A DNA stretch of 64,000 nucleotides, taken from the NCBI GenBank assembly GCA_000002435.2, contig CM018791.1; one strand, given 5' to 3'. Position 1 is the first letter of the stretch; each line of letters begins with the position of its first letter. Source of the stretch: Giardia intestinalis. Taxonomy: Eukaryota. A model generated the notes under the pieces. It was not told the DNA's origin. It saw only the letters and a program-made list of their open reading frames with translations, and did not search any database. Shown here in pieces: positions 9,046-20,067 of the stretch. The position numbers and the translations under genes are program-made.

Positions 9046-12000
9046 ATGAAGCGAGACAAGCTTCTTTTAAATGGCAAGTATAGCATCAATGTTAAAACTA
9101 ACGGGGAGCGGACGTACAAAGCGCTATGTAATATTGATGGCATAGTACCTGCAATAAAGATTTACCGGCTTTCGGACGTCTCGAAGAGCTCAGTCGACTT
9201 TGACCAAAAGGAGATAGACACTGCTGCACGGAGCCTCCTACAACCAAACTTAGTTAAATATATCGAAGCATTTGCGGACAAGGAGTATTTCTACGTTGTT
9301 ATGGAATTTGTGCCTAACAGCTTAGACCAGATTATTGCTCACCAGCGAAGTACAGAACATCTTGCTGCGCTCTATGTGACCCAGATTGTCAAGGGCTTAA
9401 TTTTCATTCACTATAACGGCTATACTCATAAGCGAATCACACCAGAACATATATTAATCACAAATGACGGATTTGTCAAAATTAGTGACTTTGTCCTCCA
9501 AAACGCATACTTTGCAGATGGTGACAAGGATGTTCGTGACATGGCACCAGAGGAAATACTGCTTCTAGGCAGGACAACGGCCGTTGACATCTGGAACCTT
9601 GGACTCCTCCTGTTCAACTGTCTAGCACGGGAACACTTTTTCAAGAATATGGCAGATCAAGAAATAATAAGATTGTTCCAGTCTACTAATGCACAGAACA
9701 CGATCAATGAGCTTGTCACTTTTCGCCTTGCCGAATGCAATTTAAACGTGTCCCAAGCGTGCAAAGAATTCATACTTGCTTGCTTATCCATAGATTACAC
9801 CTTCAGACCATCTGCACAGAGCCTTCTGCAGGCTTCATTCTTAAAGCAAACTAACACTGAGATTGTGTGTGGGAAAACAGGTGCGTCTACGTTGAATCAA
9901 AACCAAATAGATGAGATACAAGCTCTTAATGACGTGAGTGCAGGACTAACAACGTTGACAAGCCAGATTCCAGACAAAGGACACGCAGCCACTAACATCC
10001 AATCCACACTGAATCATGTAGTCACTAAATCAGCAAAGCAATTAACCACTATACCTCCCCCTACTCCTCCATATTCTAATTTTTCGCGGGCTCAAGAGAC
10101 TGAGGGGGACTCGAAGACGATTAGCAGTGGCTTTAATAAACAAGACCAAGAGATTCTTCGTCGTGCCATCCTAAATATCCCATCTGCTTCAGAAGAGTGT
10201 AGAAATTCCTATGCCATCTCTGCAGGAGACGCCGCCACACTTGCAGCTATGCGAAGTCCTGAAAAGGCCATCAATACGTTTACCTGCATTCCTGCAACTG
10301 CAAACTTCCCCATGCCTGATGATGCTCCGAATAATAAGCAAAAGTTAAGAGCAAAAAGCATCGAGGCAGGAGCTAAGCAAGGGAAGAAGCTGAAACACCG
10401 TGTGGAAAATAAGCTGGAGTGTGTAGACAATCAGCTGGACGATTCATCATTTGATCTTCAGGACGTGAAGATCATAGGAAAATTAGAAGTCAAAAGATAT
10501 GAGGACAGCACCACCGGCGACAACTTTAGTGACGTGATTGAAAATGATCCCGCTGTCGATAAAGGGCACCACCTGGGAGGTTCTGTTGCTGATCATATTC
10601 AGAGCAAACCCCGCCTCATTCAAACAAATTCAGCAGTATCTTCATCTAACTTAAACCCACAAAAGAAAAATCAGACAAAAACTCAACGAACAGCATCAAA
10701 GCCGGCAAGAAACCATGCGCTCAGTGCAGGGGATGACTTAATTTATGATGCAGCGGCAGCAGATAAGCATTCTGAGAAAATACATCCTAAAACTCGGAAG
10801 ACGCAGCGCGCCATGTCTACCGTAACAACTAGAGCAATAGCAAAGCAGCCGACATACCAGAATGCATATTCGCGAAATGCAGGAGCAGCCGCCGGTACTG
10901 CTCGACAAGATCCCTGTTACACCACCCTTGCCACTGGATGGGCAAAGAGAGAGATGAATACCAAATCCAAGAGGAACTTCCCTGAGCAGAGTTTGTTGAC
11001 CACTACAAAGGATCCCGTGTTCCCCATAGCTCAGACAGCTCTCAAAAGAACTACCTGTCCGCTATCACTAGATACACTAGACGATCACTGGAACTCTAAC
11101 TCCTATTCTTCCGACGACAACATTTTGAAAAATAGTTCGCTTAAGCACACAAATTGCCCCTATCGAGCTCCAGATGGGAACAACTCCTGTTCAGAAATAA
11201 GTTGTACCGACATGGTTAATCCTCTTTCTTCGAAGTCTCACCATAAGTCCATCTTTGGTGACGAACGTTCAAAGGATCATTCAGATAAGCTCATAGCTAG
11301 CTTAAGTATTGAGAATAATGCACAAGGACCTGAAAATCTGGATATGTTTGTAGATAAATCCCAGAAATCTGGCACTAAAAAGGTTTCACTAACTCGGTCG
11401 GATTTTCCTAAGGACTCTCTTCATACCGCACCTATTTCTCCAGAGTCCCCTCAAGAAATAAAGACCTATGTGGACAATGATATTAATGAAGCGTACACTT
11501 TCTCCACTGTGTCTGCAGAACCCGTCCAGCCATTTGTCTTGCACTTTGGAGGCTCTCCAGCTGCTACATCTAGATTATGTACTGTGACTAATCTCGACAA
11601 AAGGTCCTCGAGGCAGGAGAATTGCCAAAACGATGACCCTTCTATCAACCTTGATACCATTGCACTTCCACAGGATCAGGATATTATGTCATTGATGCAT
11701 AAGCGCCAGCTTATGTTGCAGCAGATGGATCCTCACATGGACGATACTAGCAGCGCATTTAGTAGTGGAACTAGCATGGCAAATTTAGAGAAGAAGGCTG
11801 CTGTCATAGAATCTGGCAAAGACACGCCTAAATCTGGTGCAGCATCGCCGTCCCGTCTAGTGTATCAGCAAAAGAATTCCTCAGCCGACAATATCGCCAA
11901 TAATCATCTCGGTTTGGCTAAGGATGTACTTGCAAATCAGCAGAAGCGTCAGTGCACGGACCCCTCCAGCCTATCTGCTAGCACTGATATGCTTACCCAG

Positions 12001-14172
12001 AAATCGCACAATGGCTTCTACGAAGAAAACTCTGCACTGAACAGGTTTGAAGAGAAGATGACGGACACCAGCTCCACATATGATGAGTACGACGACTATG
12101 AAGGGCTGGAAAACCATGAGGCCGCGCTCTTCATCATGACAACCGACAAGACAGATGTGGAAGAGCTACGTGAGATCCTGACAAACTACAAGATCAACAA
12201 TAAGATATCTGTCTCTTCAGTTGAACAGGTTAGAAAGTTGATTTGTTCTTCTAAGCGGTGCTTGGCGTACGTCAGGGACAACTTTTCCGTTAACTTTTGG
12301 TTTGTCAAGTTTAAGCAGTTAGTGGACACGGGAAAGGAGGAAGCCATTTTGGTCCTTATCCTCATCTCCACTATTGCCAGGCTTGACTTTCCATTCTGTA
12401 GAGATATCTTTTTGATGGGCCTCATTCCACTTGCTAATAGATTGTACAGTACGTATAGCACAATCAATGAGTTCCTAGATAGATGGATACTCCCGCTTTT
12501 AGTGAAGCTTATCTCAGAATATGAAGAGGACAGTGCTATTCTTCAACAGCGCGCTAATCACAAAACTGACATGCCAACTGACATGGCTCCTTTAACTGGC
12601 AAGCAGCAAACCTGTGGCTCACAGCCTTCTGAAGTAAAAAGTAAAGAAGCAGGGAGAAGGAGCACAACCACCAAAGGAAACAGCTATGCTGTGATGCGGA
12701 TTTTTGAATCCATGATCGTCACCCACACTATGTCGTTCATTTTACGATTTTTATTTTCTCCTATTCAGACTGGACACCAGAGCAAGAATTCTTTCATTCC
12801 TACTTCTACAGCATGTGACTCTCTCTCGCTAATAATGGGCAAAATATCTGACCCTTCACATAAGGCCATCGAGCCGCATGAGCTTGCATACAATATTCTT
12901 CTCATTCTGTTTCAGAGCAAAACCATTTTCAAGTCGGAAATCCTCTGTGAGATAACTAGTCCGGACTCTCCTTTATTACATACCTTGATGGAGCACGTTG
13001 ACAAGTCCATTGTGTATGTTTTTCTGCTACAAGACCTTCTATTCATAGAAGCAATGCGAGAGACCGTCTTAGCGCTTCTTCCGAGACTATTTAAGAAGCT
13101 CCAAAAGATGATGGATGCATATGAACTCATGTACACCGCCGCTTCACATGACGAGGATGACTACGATCTATCTGCATCCTTGCATATTGACTTCTCGACC
13201 TTTGCTGCTGGGATACGTACGCATAACACCAATGTTGCCAACATCATAGCTATCGGGTCTATCACAACATTAGAACCCGATAGCCTGCGCTACAATCTTA
13301 CCATTCTGTTGACCGCGATCACCAACTTGCTAATTAGTCTTAGCAAGCTTGTAGCCGAGCCCTACTTTTCAGAACCTTTTAAGGATCACATAGACGTATT
13401 TGTTCAGGTCCTTAGCAAGAGTTCAGACTATGGAAATGCTGTTCCTTATGCCCTTTCATCTTTGCACTCGCTTTTCCGGCTCAATCTGGACTATATCGTC
13501 AACTTTCCAAGAATAAAGCACATCATGACCAACATAGGAACAATCCTCAACTGTAAAGAAGCAGCAAATATATATTCACTTCAGTTTGCAATACCATTGG
13601 CATTAACAATCACTAGAACAATCAACCCAAATAAATTCGCAGACAAGGAAATTAAGCATGTTTTAATAAAGGAGATCAAGGAAAACTTCTTGCTAGCATT
13701 TCTAGACTTGATTGAGAATAGCTCCGTGTGGAGAAAGCAGTGCCTAGATGCCCTGGCCCACATTTTATCCTACACAAATGAACTAGAGTCCACAATATGC
13801 CGCGATTTCAGACTCTCGTTAAGCAGTTCTGATTATAAGGAGACCCTTCCTTCAATCCTGACCTCCCTTCTATCGCTAAGCGAGAATAGCTCCACGATTC
13901 GCTCTTACCTGGCTAATCATAAAGAACTCGCAGCAGGGGTCACCTATGTACTCAAGCATACTTCTAAGGATAACGTGAACTCCAAGGTTGTTGCACTCAA
14001 GCTCTGCCTAAAGTTCAGCTTAAATTGCAAGGAGTACTTCGTAAATACCTACAAGAGCGTTCTCTCCATGCTGCCACAGTTCTGCGACATGAACACAGAT
14101 CAGTTCGTTATCGGAGCCAGCATCAGTAAGCAGATTCTGGATGCTCTAAAGCTAAACAGCAGTAACAATTAG
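9046..14172 (+). CDS. 1708-aa protein with an N-terminal protein-kinase-like domain that is predicted catalytically dead, a long low-complexity middle and a C-terminal helical (ARM/HEAT-like) region.
   Basis: Kinase fold landmarks: AIKIY (beta3 Lys), HKRITPEHILI in place of HRDLKPENIL (catalytic Asp lost), ISDFVL in place of DFG, and APEEILL (APE). The C-terminal ~600 aa are helical and hydrophobic-periodic. AT-rich context aaaaaagtaaATG. Confidence 0.6.
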   Translation: MKRDKLLLNGKYSINVKTNGERTYKALCNIDGIVPAIKIYRLSDVSKSSVDFDQKEIDTAARSLLQPNLVKYIEAFADKEYFYVVMEFVPNSLDQIIAHQRSTEHLAALYVTQIVKGLIFIHYNGYTHKRITPEHILITNDGFVKISDFVLQNAYFADGDKDVRDMAPEEILLLGRTTAVDIWNLGLLLFNCLAREHFFKNMADQEIIRLFQSTNAQNTINELVTFRLAECNLNVSQACKEFILACLSIDYTFRPSAQSLLQASFLKQTNTEIVCGKTGASTLNQNQIDEIQALNDVSAGLTTLTSQIPDKGHAATNIQSTLNHVVTKSAKQLTTIPPPTPPYSNFSRAQETEGDSKTISSGFNKQDQEILRRAILNIPSASEECRNSYAISAGDAATLAAMRSPEKAINTFTCIPATANFPMPDDAPNNKQKLRAKSIEAGAKQGKKLKHRVENKLECVDNQLDDSSFDLQDVKIIGKLEVKRYEDSTTGDNFSDVIENDPAVDKGHHLGGSVADHIQSKPRLIQTNSAVSSSNLNPQKKNQTKTQRTASKPARNHALSAGDDLIYDAAAADKHSEKIHPKTRKTQRAMSTVTTRAIAKQPTYQNAYSRNAGAAAGTARQDPCYTTLATGWAKREMNTKSKRNFPEQSLLTTTKDPVFPIAQTALKRTTCPLSLDTLDDHWNSNSYSSDDNILKNSSLKHTNCPYRAPDGNNSCSEISCTDMVNPLSSKSHHKSIFGDERSKDHSDKLIASLSIENNAQGPENLDMFVDKSQKSGTKKVSLTRSDFPKDSLHTAPISPESPQEIKTYVDNDINEAYTFSTVSAEPVQPFVLHFGGSPAATSRLCTVTNLDKRSSRQENCQNDDPSINLDTIALPQDQDIMSLMHKRQLMLQQMDPHMDDTSSAFSSGTSMANLEKKAAVIESGKDTPKSGAASPSRLVYQQKNSSADNIANNHLGLAKDVLANQQKRQCTDPSSLSASTDMLTQKSHNGFYEENSALNRFEEKMTDTSSTYDEYDDYEGLENHEAALFIMTTDKTDVEELREILTNYKINNKISVSSVEQVRKLICSSKRCLAYVRDNFSVNFWFVKFKQLVDTGKEEAILVLILISTIARLDFPFCRDIFLMGLIPLANRLYSTYSTINEFLDRWILPLLVKLISEYEEDSAILQQRANHKTDMPTDMAPLTGKQQTCGSQPSEVKSKEAGRRSTTTKGNSYAVMRIFESMIVTHTMSFILRFLFSPIQTGHQSKNSFIPTSTACDSLSLIMGKISDPSHKAIEPHELAYNILLILFQSKTIFKSEILCEITSPDSPLLHTLMEHVDKSIVYVFLLQDLLFIEAMRETVLALLPRLFKKLQKMMDAYELMYTAASHDEDDYDLSASLHIDFSTFAAGIRTHNTNVANIIAIGSITTLEPDSLRYNLTILLTAITNLLISLSKLVAEPYFSEPFKDHIDVFVQVLSKSSDYGNAVPYALSSLHSLFRLNLDYIVNFPRIKHIMTNIGTILNCKEAANIYSLQFAIPLALTITRTINPNKFADKEIKHVLIKEIKENFLLAFLDLIENSSVWRKQCLDALAHILSYTNELESTICRDFRLSLSSSDYKETLPSILTSLLSLSENSSTIRSYLANHKELAAGVTYVLKHTSKDNVNSKVVALKLCLKFSLNCKEYFVNTYKSVLSMLPQFCDMNTDQFVIGASISKQILDALKLNSSNN

Positions 14173-14297
14173 TTTATTGTTCGCTCGGCATTGGAGTCTT
14201 GAAGGAATACGGGGCTTACCACCGAAAGCCGAGACTAGAGAGATTAAAATGTCCAGAGGGCTTTTAGGTGAGTAGCGTGATCATAGAGCGTAGACAC

Positions 14298-15461
14298 TTA
14301 TCTTTTCCCAGCTGAAGGCATAATCCTAAACCAGAAATCTGCATGGAGCTCTGCTTCCTCTGGCAGATCAGTAACAAAGACACAGTTATTGATAGCATCT
14401 GTACCATACACGGCACGAACGCTCTCTGGAGCAAGATATGTGGCAATCTTAGGTTCAAACGGTCCTGCAAACGCACGAAGCGTCTCCACCATGTTGACTT
14501 CTTCTGGGGGTCTATGGGTAGCTACCTCGAGCGCAATGCAGGGGCCTGTACTGAATACGTCTATGTACTCGCTCCATCGCGGTATAACCCCTTGGTATGC
14601 TGCCATCACCTCGGCAAGATCGTTTGCTGTAGGGATGCACGTGTTGATGCCGGTAATATAAATGTCCGGCGATATCTTGCTGATGTAATTAACCAAGCCA
14701 ACAAGGATATGACCAACATAGTCCTTGAACTTGGGTTGGATTAGCATGACCGAGTTATTTCTGCAGCCAATTGCGGCGACAGGACATAGCCTGAATACAA
14801 TGCCTAGCTCTCTGTCTGCGTCTCCCTTGCTTGCACTCCCGTGGAACGCGTTGCTGGTAACGTCAACACCATATTTTGCGCGCAAGTGCTTCGATGGATC
14901 GCACTTGGATGGATCCGTGGGCCCTATTATATCTCTCCAGGCCAATATAGCGTTTGGGCCTATCAGCTCAATCACACATGCAGGTCCCGCCATGACCATC
15001 GCAGCTAAGTTAGGGAAAAAGGCCTTTCCTATATGTTCTTCGTAAAACGCGTTCACATCGTTCTCCGAGAAGCGTACCATACGTATTCTGCTGATCCTGA
15101 GATTGCGTTGCATTGCTGAGATGATCGCGTCAGCAATAATGATCGGGCTCTCAGCCACCGCGTGAGGCTTCACGATCGCACACGTGGCTTCCTTTTCTGC
15201 GGAGAGGGCATTGCACGTAAAGTCATTTGCATAGCCCACAATCTTGAGCTGGCGTGAGTAGATGGTAACCGTACCACCTACGTGACAGTCTGCGAAGTTG
15301 AACTCCGGATACTGACATTTCTTAAGAAACACCCTCTTGGTAGCGACCTCGTACATGTCTATCTCCCTCGTGTCTGGGTAGTATGAGAGGATATAAGGCC
15401 TGTCTTGGTCAGCAATACGGTCGTACCATAGCACGTTGAAGCTGTAACGAGTGGTATCCAT
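14298..15461 (-). CDS. NME7-like nucleoside diphosphate kinase with an N-terminal DM10 domain and tandem NDK domains. The first track codon is TTG; the real start is the second codon, ATG (MDTTRY).
   Basis: NDK motifs CAIVKPHAV and NAFHGSASKGDADRELGIVF (compare NDK IHGSDSVESAEREIxLWF). The N-terminal ~90 aa are DM10-like. AT-rich cctaaaatttgATG. Confidence 0.7.
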   Translation of the reverse strand: MDTTRYSFNVLWYDRIADQDRPYILSYYPDTREIDMYEVATKRVFLKKCQYPEFNFADCHVGGTVTIYSRQLKIVGYANDFTCNALSAEKEATCAIVKPHAVAESPIIIADAIISAMQRNLRISRIRMVRFSENDVNAFYEEHIGKAFFPNLAAMVMAGPACVIELIGPNAILAWRDIIGPTDPSKCDPSKHLRAKYGVDVTSNAFHGSASKGDADRELGIVFRLCPVAAIGCRNNSVMLIQPKFKDYVGHILVGLVNYISKISPDIYITGINTCIPTANDLAEVMAAYQGVIPRWSEYIDVFSTGPCIALEVATHRPPEEVNMVETLRAFAGPFEPKIATYLAPESVRAVYGTDAINNCVFVTDLPEEAELHADFWFRIMPSAGKR

Positions 15462-17789
15462 CAAATTTTAGGATAAATTTATTAACACAAAATGTCACCA
15501 TTACCTATGGCCTCCGCGATTGCCAGCCCGATAGACTGTTATATAAAACTGAGGTAGTACATCCTTGTGCTTATATTTTAAAAGGTGAGGAGGCCGTTGA
15601 TGCTGCAGCTGAGTGTTTAGATACCACTGAAGCGAAAACAGATCTATCACCTAGGGTCCACTGGCCCATGTGCACACTCCTTGGGCTGGGGACCCAAGGC
15701 TTTGTTGCTTGCTTTGCTCTGTGGGCATTTTTGAGTGCCTGGTTAACTTTATGGTACTCTGCGGAGGATCGCATTTCAGTTATCGTATCGAGATCTGAAA
15801 GGTGAAGAAGGTTTAATGGATAGGAGATGTTTGGCAGAGCCTTTTGACGAATGGTAGCAGAGGAATCCATTAGTGGTCCACAGAGATAATTTTATGCACG
15901 AATCTCGTCCTACCACCTTTATCTCCTTTCAATAATGTACTAATCGTGTCATTGTTTAGACGCTGCTAAGACGCTACACAGATAAATTCGGTAACGGAAT
16001 ATCTCCGTAAGGAAAGCGTGTAAGAGTGTGTTTAATTTAAAGCTGAATAGCAACGATTGCACTATGCCCATGTAGGTATTAAGAGGCTTATAATTACAAT
16101 TCGGTCTCTGTCTTTTGTGGTATACTTGTGATGGTCAAGGATTTAAATCCTTGGCTGTTAGCAAAGTAGACCAATGATAAAGTTGAGGATTGTCTGAGAG
16201 GAGGCAGTAAGTATGTATTTTGTGGAATAATCATAGCAACACTGCTCTTACGATAATCAGCTGGGGTATGCAAGATCCTGTAGAAGGGAATGTGAGGAAA
16301 ACTAAGAAATGGTACAATACTATGCTTAGCAAGACATTCTTTGGTTAATGAAAAAATATAGGTTGTTGATGGCCAATGCACCCTAGCAGTAGATTGCTAA
16401 GAAGCCTTGTGTATGATTAGGCACAAGGTATCCGTGTCTACGATTAGCTGCAGCATCCATGGTTGCATGCACCACAACGAGGTTGCTCCACCAAACCGAG
16501 TGCAAGACACCACCACACAGGCCGATCTGGTATAGACGATGCCATGCTACCGGGTGTGGAGCGGTACTTCCGAACAGTACGCGGTGTCTGTTGTGCATAT
16601 TTAGAGGACCTGGTTTGGTGTATATCGGTGACACACCACAGTTATGCTGAATAACGCCGAGATATCGATGAGTGGACGCACAAGTATTGAAGGCGATGAG
16701 CCACAGGGGCTTCTATGAACTGCTCACGGTGAGTGGAAGTACCGTAGATACCTTCACTACCAGGCACGCTTAACCCAATCTAGAATTAGTATAAAGCATA
16801 GAGTTGGACGGACCTAGACTGCGTCTAGTAAAGCGCAGGACACTTCTAAGAGCTCAACTTAAGGATGGCGAGGCGGCCCTGTAACCCTGCATAGCTGGCC
16901 TTGCATCCAATAAAGACTAGGGGCTGAGTGGCACATATGTTCGTCATCCAGGGTAGCAAATAGCCCGTGAAGCGGCAAGATTAATCTCTCCTGGACGAGC
17001 AACACGTAGTGAGTGTTCGACCAGTACCAATGGGCAAGAGTCAGTTCTCGCCATAACTGGCGCCCGGACGGCGGAAGCCAATAGGAAAGACAGCTCTTAC
17101 CGGAGCGGTACTGGGATGCTCTGCAAGTCAAAGCCAGAAGGGCCTGGTAGCCACACCGGTGTCTGCTGTCGTCAGGCAACCCTGTTAAAGAAGCAGCGGC
17201 TCCTCGAGCGGGGCAGCTTAGAGACCCACTACGTTCTCCTATTCTGCAGCGCATATTGTCTACTGGCAGGGAGCTGATGTCTTTCGTGGTTGCATGGTCC
17301 TGCTCACACCAGAGGCAGAGCCAGACGACGGAGAGTAGGAGACTGACTCCCAGCTGAGATCTGCTTATTCCAGGCCCAACCACACCGCAGTATGCATCCA
17401 CATCGATCTACGGTAGGTGGGCGGGCAGCTGGCTTGCGAGAGGGGAGCGGTGGCTGTGGCCAATCCACTACTAAACAGAATAAATTCATTAATAGAGCCC
17501 CCGAAAATCGCACAATGAAATCTTAGTAATATATAACAGAACGCTTAGCAGTGTTTACAGATGCACGACTACAAGAACTCACTCTTAGATATTCTCATGA
17601 AGATACGTCTTGTCTTGCCTAACAGAACCATTAGTACCCTATCATATTGCACTGCCGTTGCCCTTTCTTCTTCCACTTATGAATTGGATGCATCCATGAT
17701 GAACCATTTACACGTAGATTTACACGTAGAAAGAATCTAGGCAGTGTTTAAGTTTTCCTTAACAGTCATCAATACCCAAAGTCCTGAAA

Positions 17790-19856
17790 TTAGTCTAGCT
17801 TCCCGATGAAGTCCATTACATTGATGAAAATTCCCTCCACGCATATTAGACCGAATAAAGCTATAACGCTCCATGCGAGCATATGACGACGAGGAGTCAT
17901 TTTCGCACGCTCCAGGTCTGGATCAATGGTCCCGCAGATATTTCCTATTTCCATTATGCGTGTCATAGGAACTGCTGGAAGGACATTTGTAACGTCTTCT
18001 GTAATGCACGTTGTCTGCTCTGTAGATTCTGTAGAGTCTATCTTATTAGCCTCAGAGATTCGAATGCTGTTCTGGGTTAGACTGAGCGTTTCAGACTGCT
18101 GGTTGACGCCTTCTTTCTTTGAGAGTGCACGCGTCAGGGTGGGTCTGCTATTAAAAATGGATGTTGTGCGTGGCCGCGAATATTCCACATTAACTGTGAA
18201 TGGTGGTGGCTTGGATGCTTTAGAAATTGGCGACGCCGACGATGTTTGTGATGCAGAAAAGCTGGGGACTGCGGTAGAAAACGACCTTCCACGTATGACT
18301 CCAATAACGGACCGGATGCTCAGCACGGGGTCCTCCATGGATTTGCCGCGGACTTTAGCGGAAGTTACGTTGATAGGATCGGTGTTACTTAGTGCCCTGG
18401 CTCTAGAAAGAACCTCGTTAGCACTGCCGGGGAGCATTAGTGCCAGCACAGAGGTCCCAATAGCCTCTGTGCGTACAACTCCTAGATGATCTGCAGCCTC
18501 CTTGAATTCTTCATTGATGTCATGCGGATACTCGGCTCGGAGAAATGGTAGCTTATAGTGTACCCAAATTGGGACTCCAAAGTAGATCACCCCACCGCAC
18601 AGTGACCCCACAAGTCCAAAAATGGCAGCTATGTTTTCGTAGACAAGGGCTATACCTACACCAGGAATCAAAAACACAAAGCTAAACGCTACAAAGAGCC
18701 CGTACCACCGTCGTGGATTGTTCTCACAATCTACCTTTGTATACGCAATTAAGGAAAGCTTAAGCGGAAACAGAGCAATGGGATACGTAACACAAACAAC
18801 CAGGCCATACATTGCTTTTATCGATGTGATCCAGTAGTCCACACAGATATCGAACGACGATAATAGATTAGGAAGGATTGACTTGCCAAACAAGAGGGCG
18901 CCAAATATGCCTGTTAACACGTATAACATTGTGCAGAAAATGAACGCAATTGTAATTGATATCTTAAGAATACGCATTCGAAGATACATGGGACCACTGA
19001 TGAGTTCGAGCATCGCCGGGACGGCCAACTGAGAGGTATAGTTTCCTTGAAGCAAGGGTATGTAGCTGAAGAAGAACAGGAACCCCATGGGCAGGGACCC
19101 GAGCCCCAACCCCTTGCTCGGGGACGGCCACCAGGGGATCGCAGGGCGGAAGAAGCCCCCTGCCGTGCTGCCGTTGGTCGGCTTTGCTGAAGGAAAGCGA
19201 GGGCAGACCTGCCCGTTGCGTCCGAGGGAGATGAAGTAGTATACAGGGATGGTGACGGCCATGCCCATCGCAAAGAAGATGGAGACAGACGCTATGGCAG
19301 AAAGCACCTTCGTGGACTTGAGGAGAGAAAGAGGAAGGATGATGAGGAAGGAGACGCCGGCTTTTATCACGTATGGTATCCACTTGTGTGAGTCGAACGA
19401 AGGAAGGAATGACTGTAGAATCCCAATAACTGATTGGCTAGCAATGATGATGTAGCTCGTAAGAAAGCCAAAGTAGAGAACTATAAGCATTGCGTCCATG
19501 ACGTATGCAAACTTTGGCCCAATGACCTTTTGGGCTAATGCCCGATACGAGTAAGACCGCGTAAGGTAACAACCTTCAATAACGGGGAAAATAAGAACCA
19601 GCGCTATGGCGAAGGATAATGGTAAAACAAAGAACATTAAACCTAAGCCAACTCGTGAGAAAATGTATGCAATGGATAACAAAGCAGATCCCACGATTTG
19701 GGAAATAAGCATAAAGGAAGCAGAGACTGATGAGACATTCCCCCTAGGGAAGCCTTCGTTTTGTTTGTTATTGAGGTGCTTCTCGCCGAACAAACCGTCC
19801 TTTCCACTCATTTGAATTTTAGTGTTACAGGTGCTTGCTTTCACGTCTATCAACAT
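17790..19856 (-). CDS. Amino acid transporter of the Aa_trans/AAAP family (SLC38-like), with about 11 TM segments and a long hydrophilic C-terminal tail. The track start is TTG; the first ATG is at 19856 and an alternative is at 19811.
   Basis: N-terminal motif ASFMLISQIVGSALLSIAYIFSRVGLGLMFFVLPLSFAIALVLIFPVIEGC followed by repeated hydrophobic helices, typical of Aa_trans permeases. Confidence 0.6.
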   Translation of the reverse strand: MLIDVKASTCNTKIQMSGKDGLFGEKHLNNKQNEGFPRGNVSSVSASFMLISQIVGSALLSIAYIFSRVGLGLMFFVLPLSFAIALVLIFPVIEGCYLTRSYSYRALAQKVIGPKFAYVMDAMLIVLYFGFLTSYIIIASQSVIGILQSFLPSFDSHKWIPYVIKAGVSFLIILPLSLLKSTKVLSAIASVSIFFAMGMAVTIPVYYFISLGRNGQVCPRFPSAKPTNGSTAGGFFRPAIPWWPSPSKGLGLGSLPMGFLFFFSYIPLLQGNYTSQLAVPAMLELISGPMYLRMRILKISITIAFIFCTMLYVLTGIFGALLFGKSILPNLLSSFDICVDYWITSIKAMYGLVVCVTYPIALFPLKLSLIAYTKVDCENNPRRWYGLFVAFSFVFLIPGVGIALVYENIAAIFGLVGSLCGGVIYFGVPIWVHYKLPFLRAEYPHDINEEFKEAADHLGVVRTEAIGTSVLALMLPGSANEVLSRARALSNTDPINVTSAKVRGKSMEDPVLSIRSVIGVIRGRSFSTAVPSFSASQTSSASPISKASKPPPFTVNVEYSRPRTTSIFNSRPTLTRALSKKEGVNQQSETLSLTQNSIRISEANKIDSTESTEQTTCITEDVTNVLPAVPMTRIMEIGNICGTIDPDLERAKMTPRRHMLAWSVIALFGLICVEGIFINVMDFIGKLD

Positions 19857-20067
19857 GTATTTATGAAGATAATCGCATGCTTCTTTGGTGTTACATATGT
19901 CACTTAAACTAGCATTTTGCTTTTCTTTTGTTGTTTTTAAGCCCGCAACATAATGCTTAAAACACGACAAGAATCATATCTTTGTTGAGTAGTACATCTT
20001 TCTAGTCTTAAGTAAAGGGAGGCAAAGGTAGAATCCACTGGGAAATGCATCCAAATAAAAAGCCATT

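Noticed and set aside
16207-16520. Possible Giardia-type cis-intron: a GTATGT 5' splice-site-like motif at about 16212 and a CACACAG 3'-like motif at about 16512
   Set aside because: There is no CTRAC branch motif adjacent to the CACACAG. There is no exon ORF on either side (a stop lies immediately upstream). The ~300-nt spacing exceeds known Giardia introns. I take this as coincidental.
16990-17030. tRNA-like T-loop (gtgttcgacc) in the non-coding island
   Set aside because: There is no complementary T-stem or acceptor stem around it. It does not fold as a cloverleaf by inspection.
16859-17401. 180-aa minus-strand ORF (and its neighbours at 16383..16634 and 17304..17513) inside the 2.3-kb gap
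   Set aside because: The translation is Trp/Cys/Arg/Gly-rich (…WLCLWCEQDH…CRASQYRSGKSC…), which is typical of out-of-frame GC-rich DNA. It has no AT-rich initiator and no motif. I treat it as non-coding.
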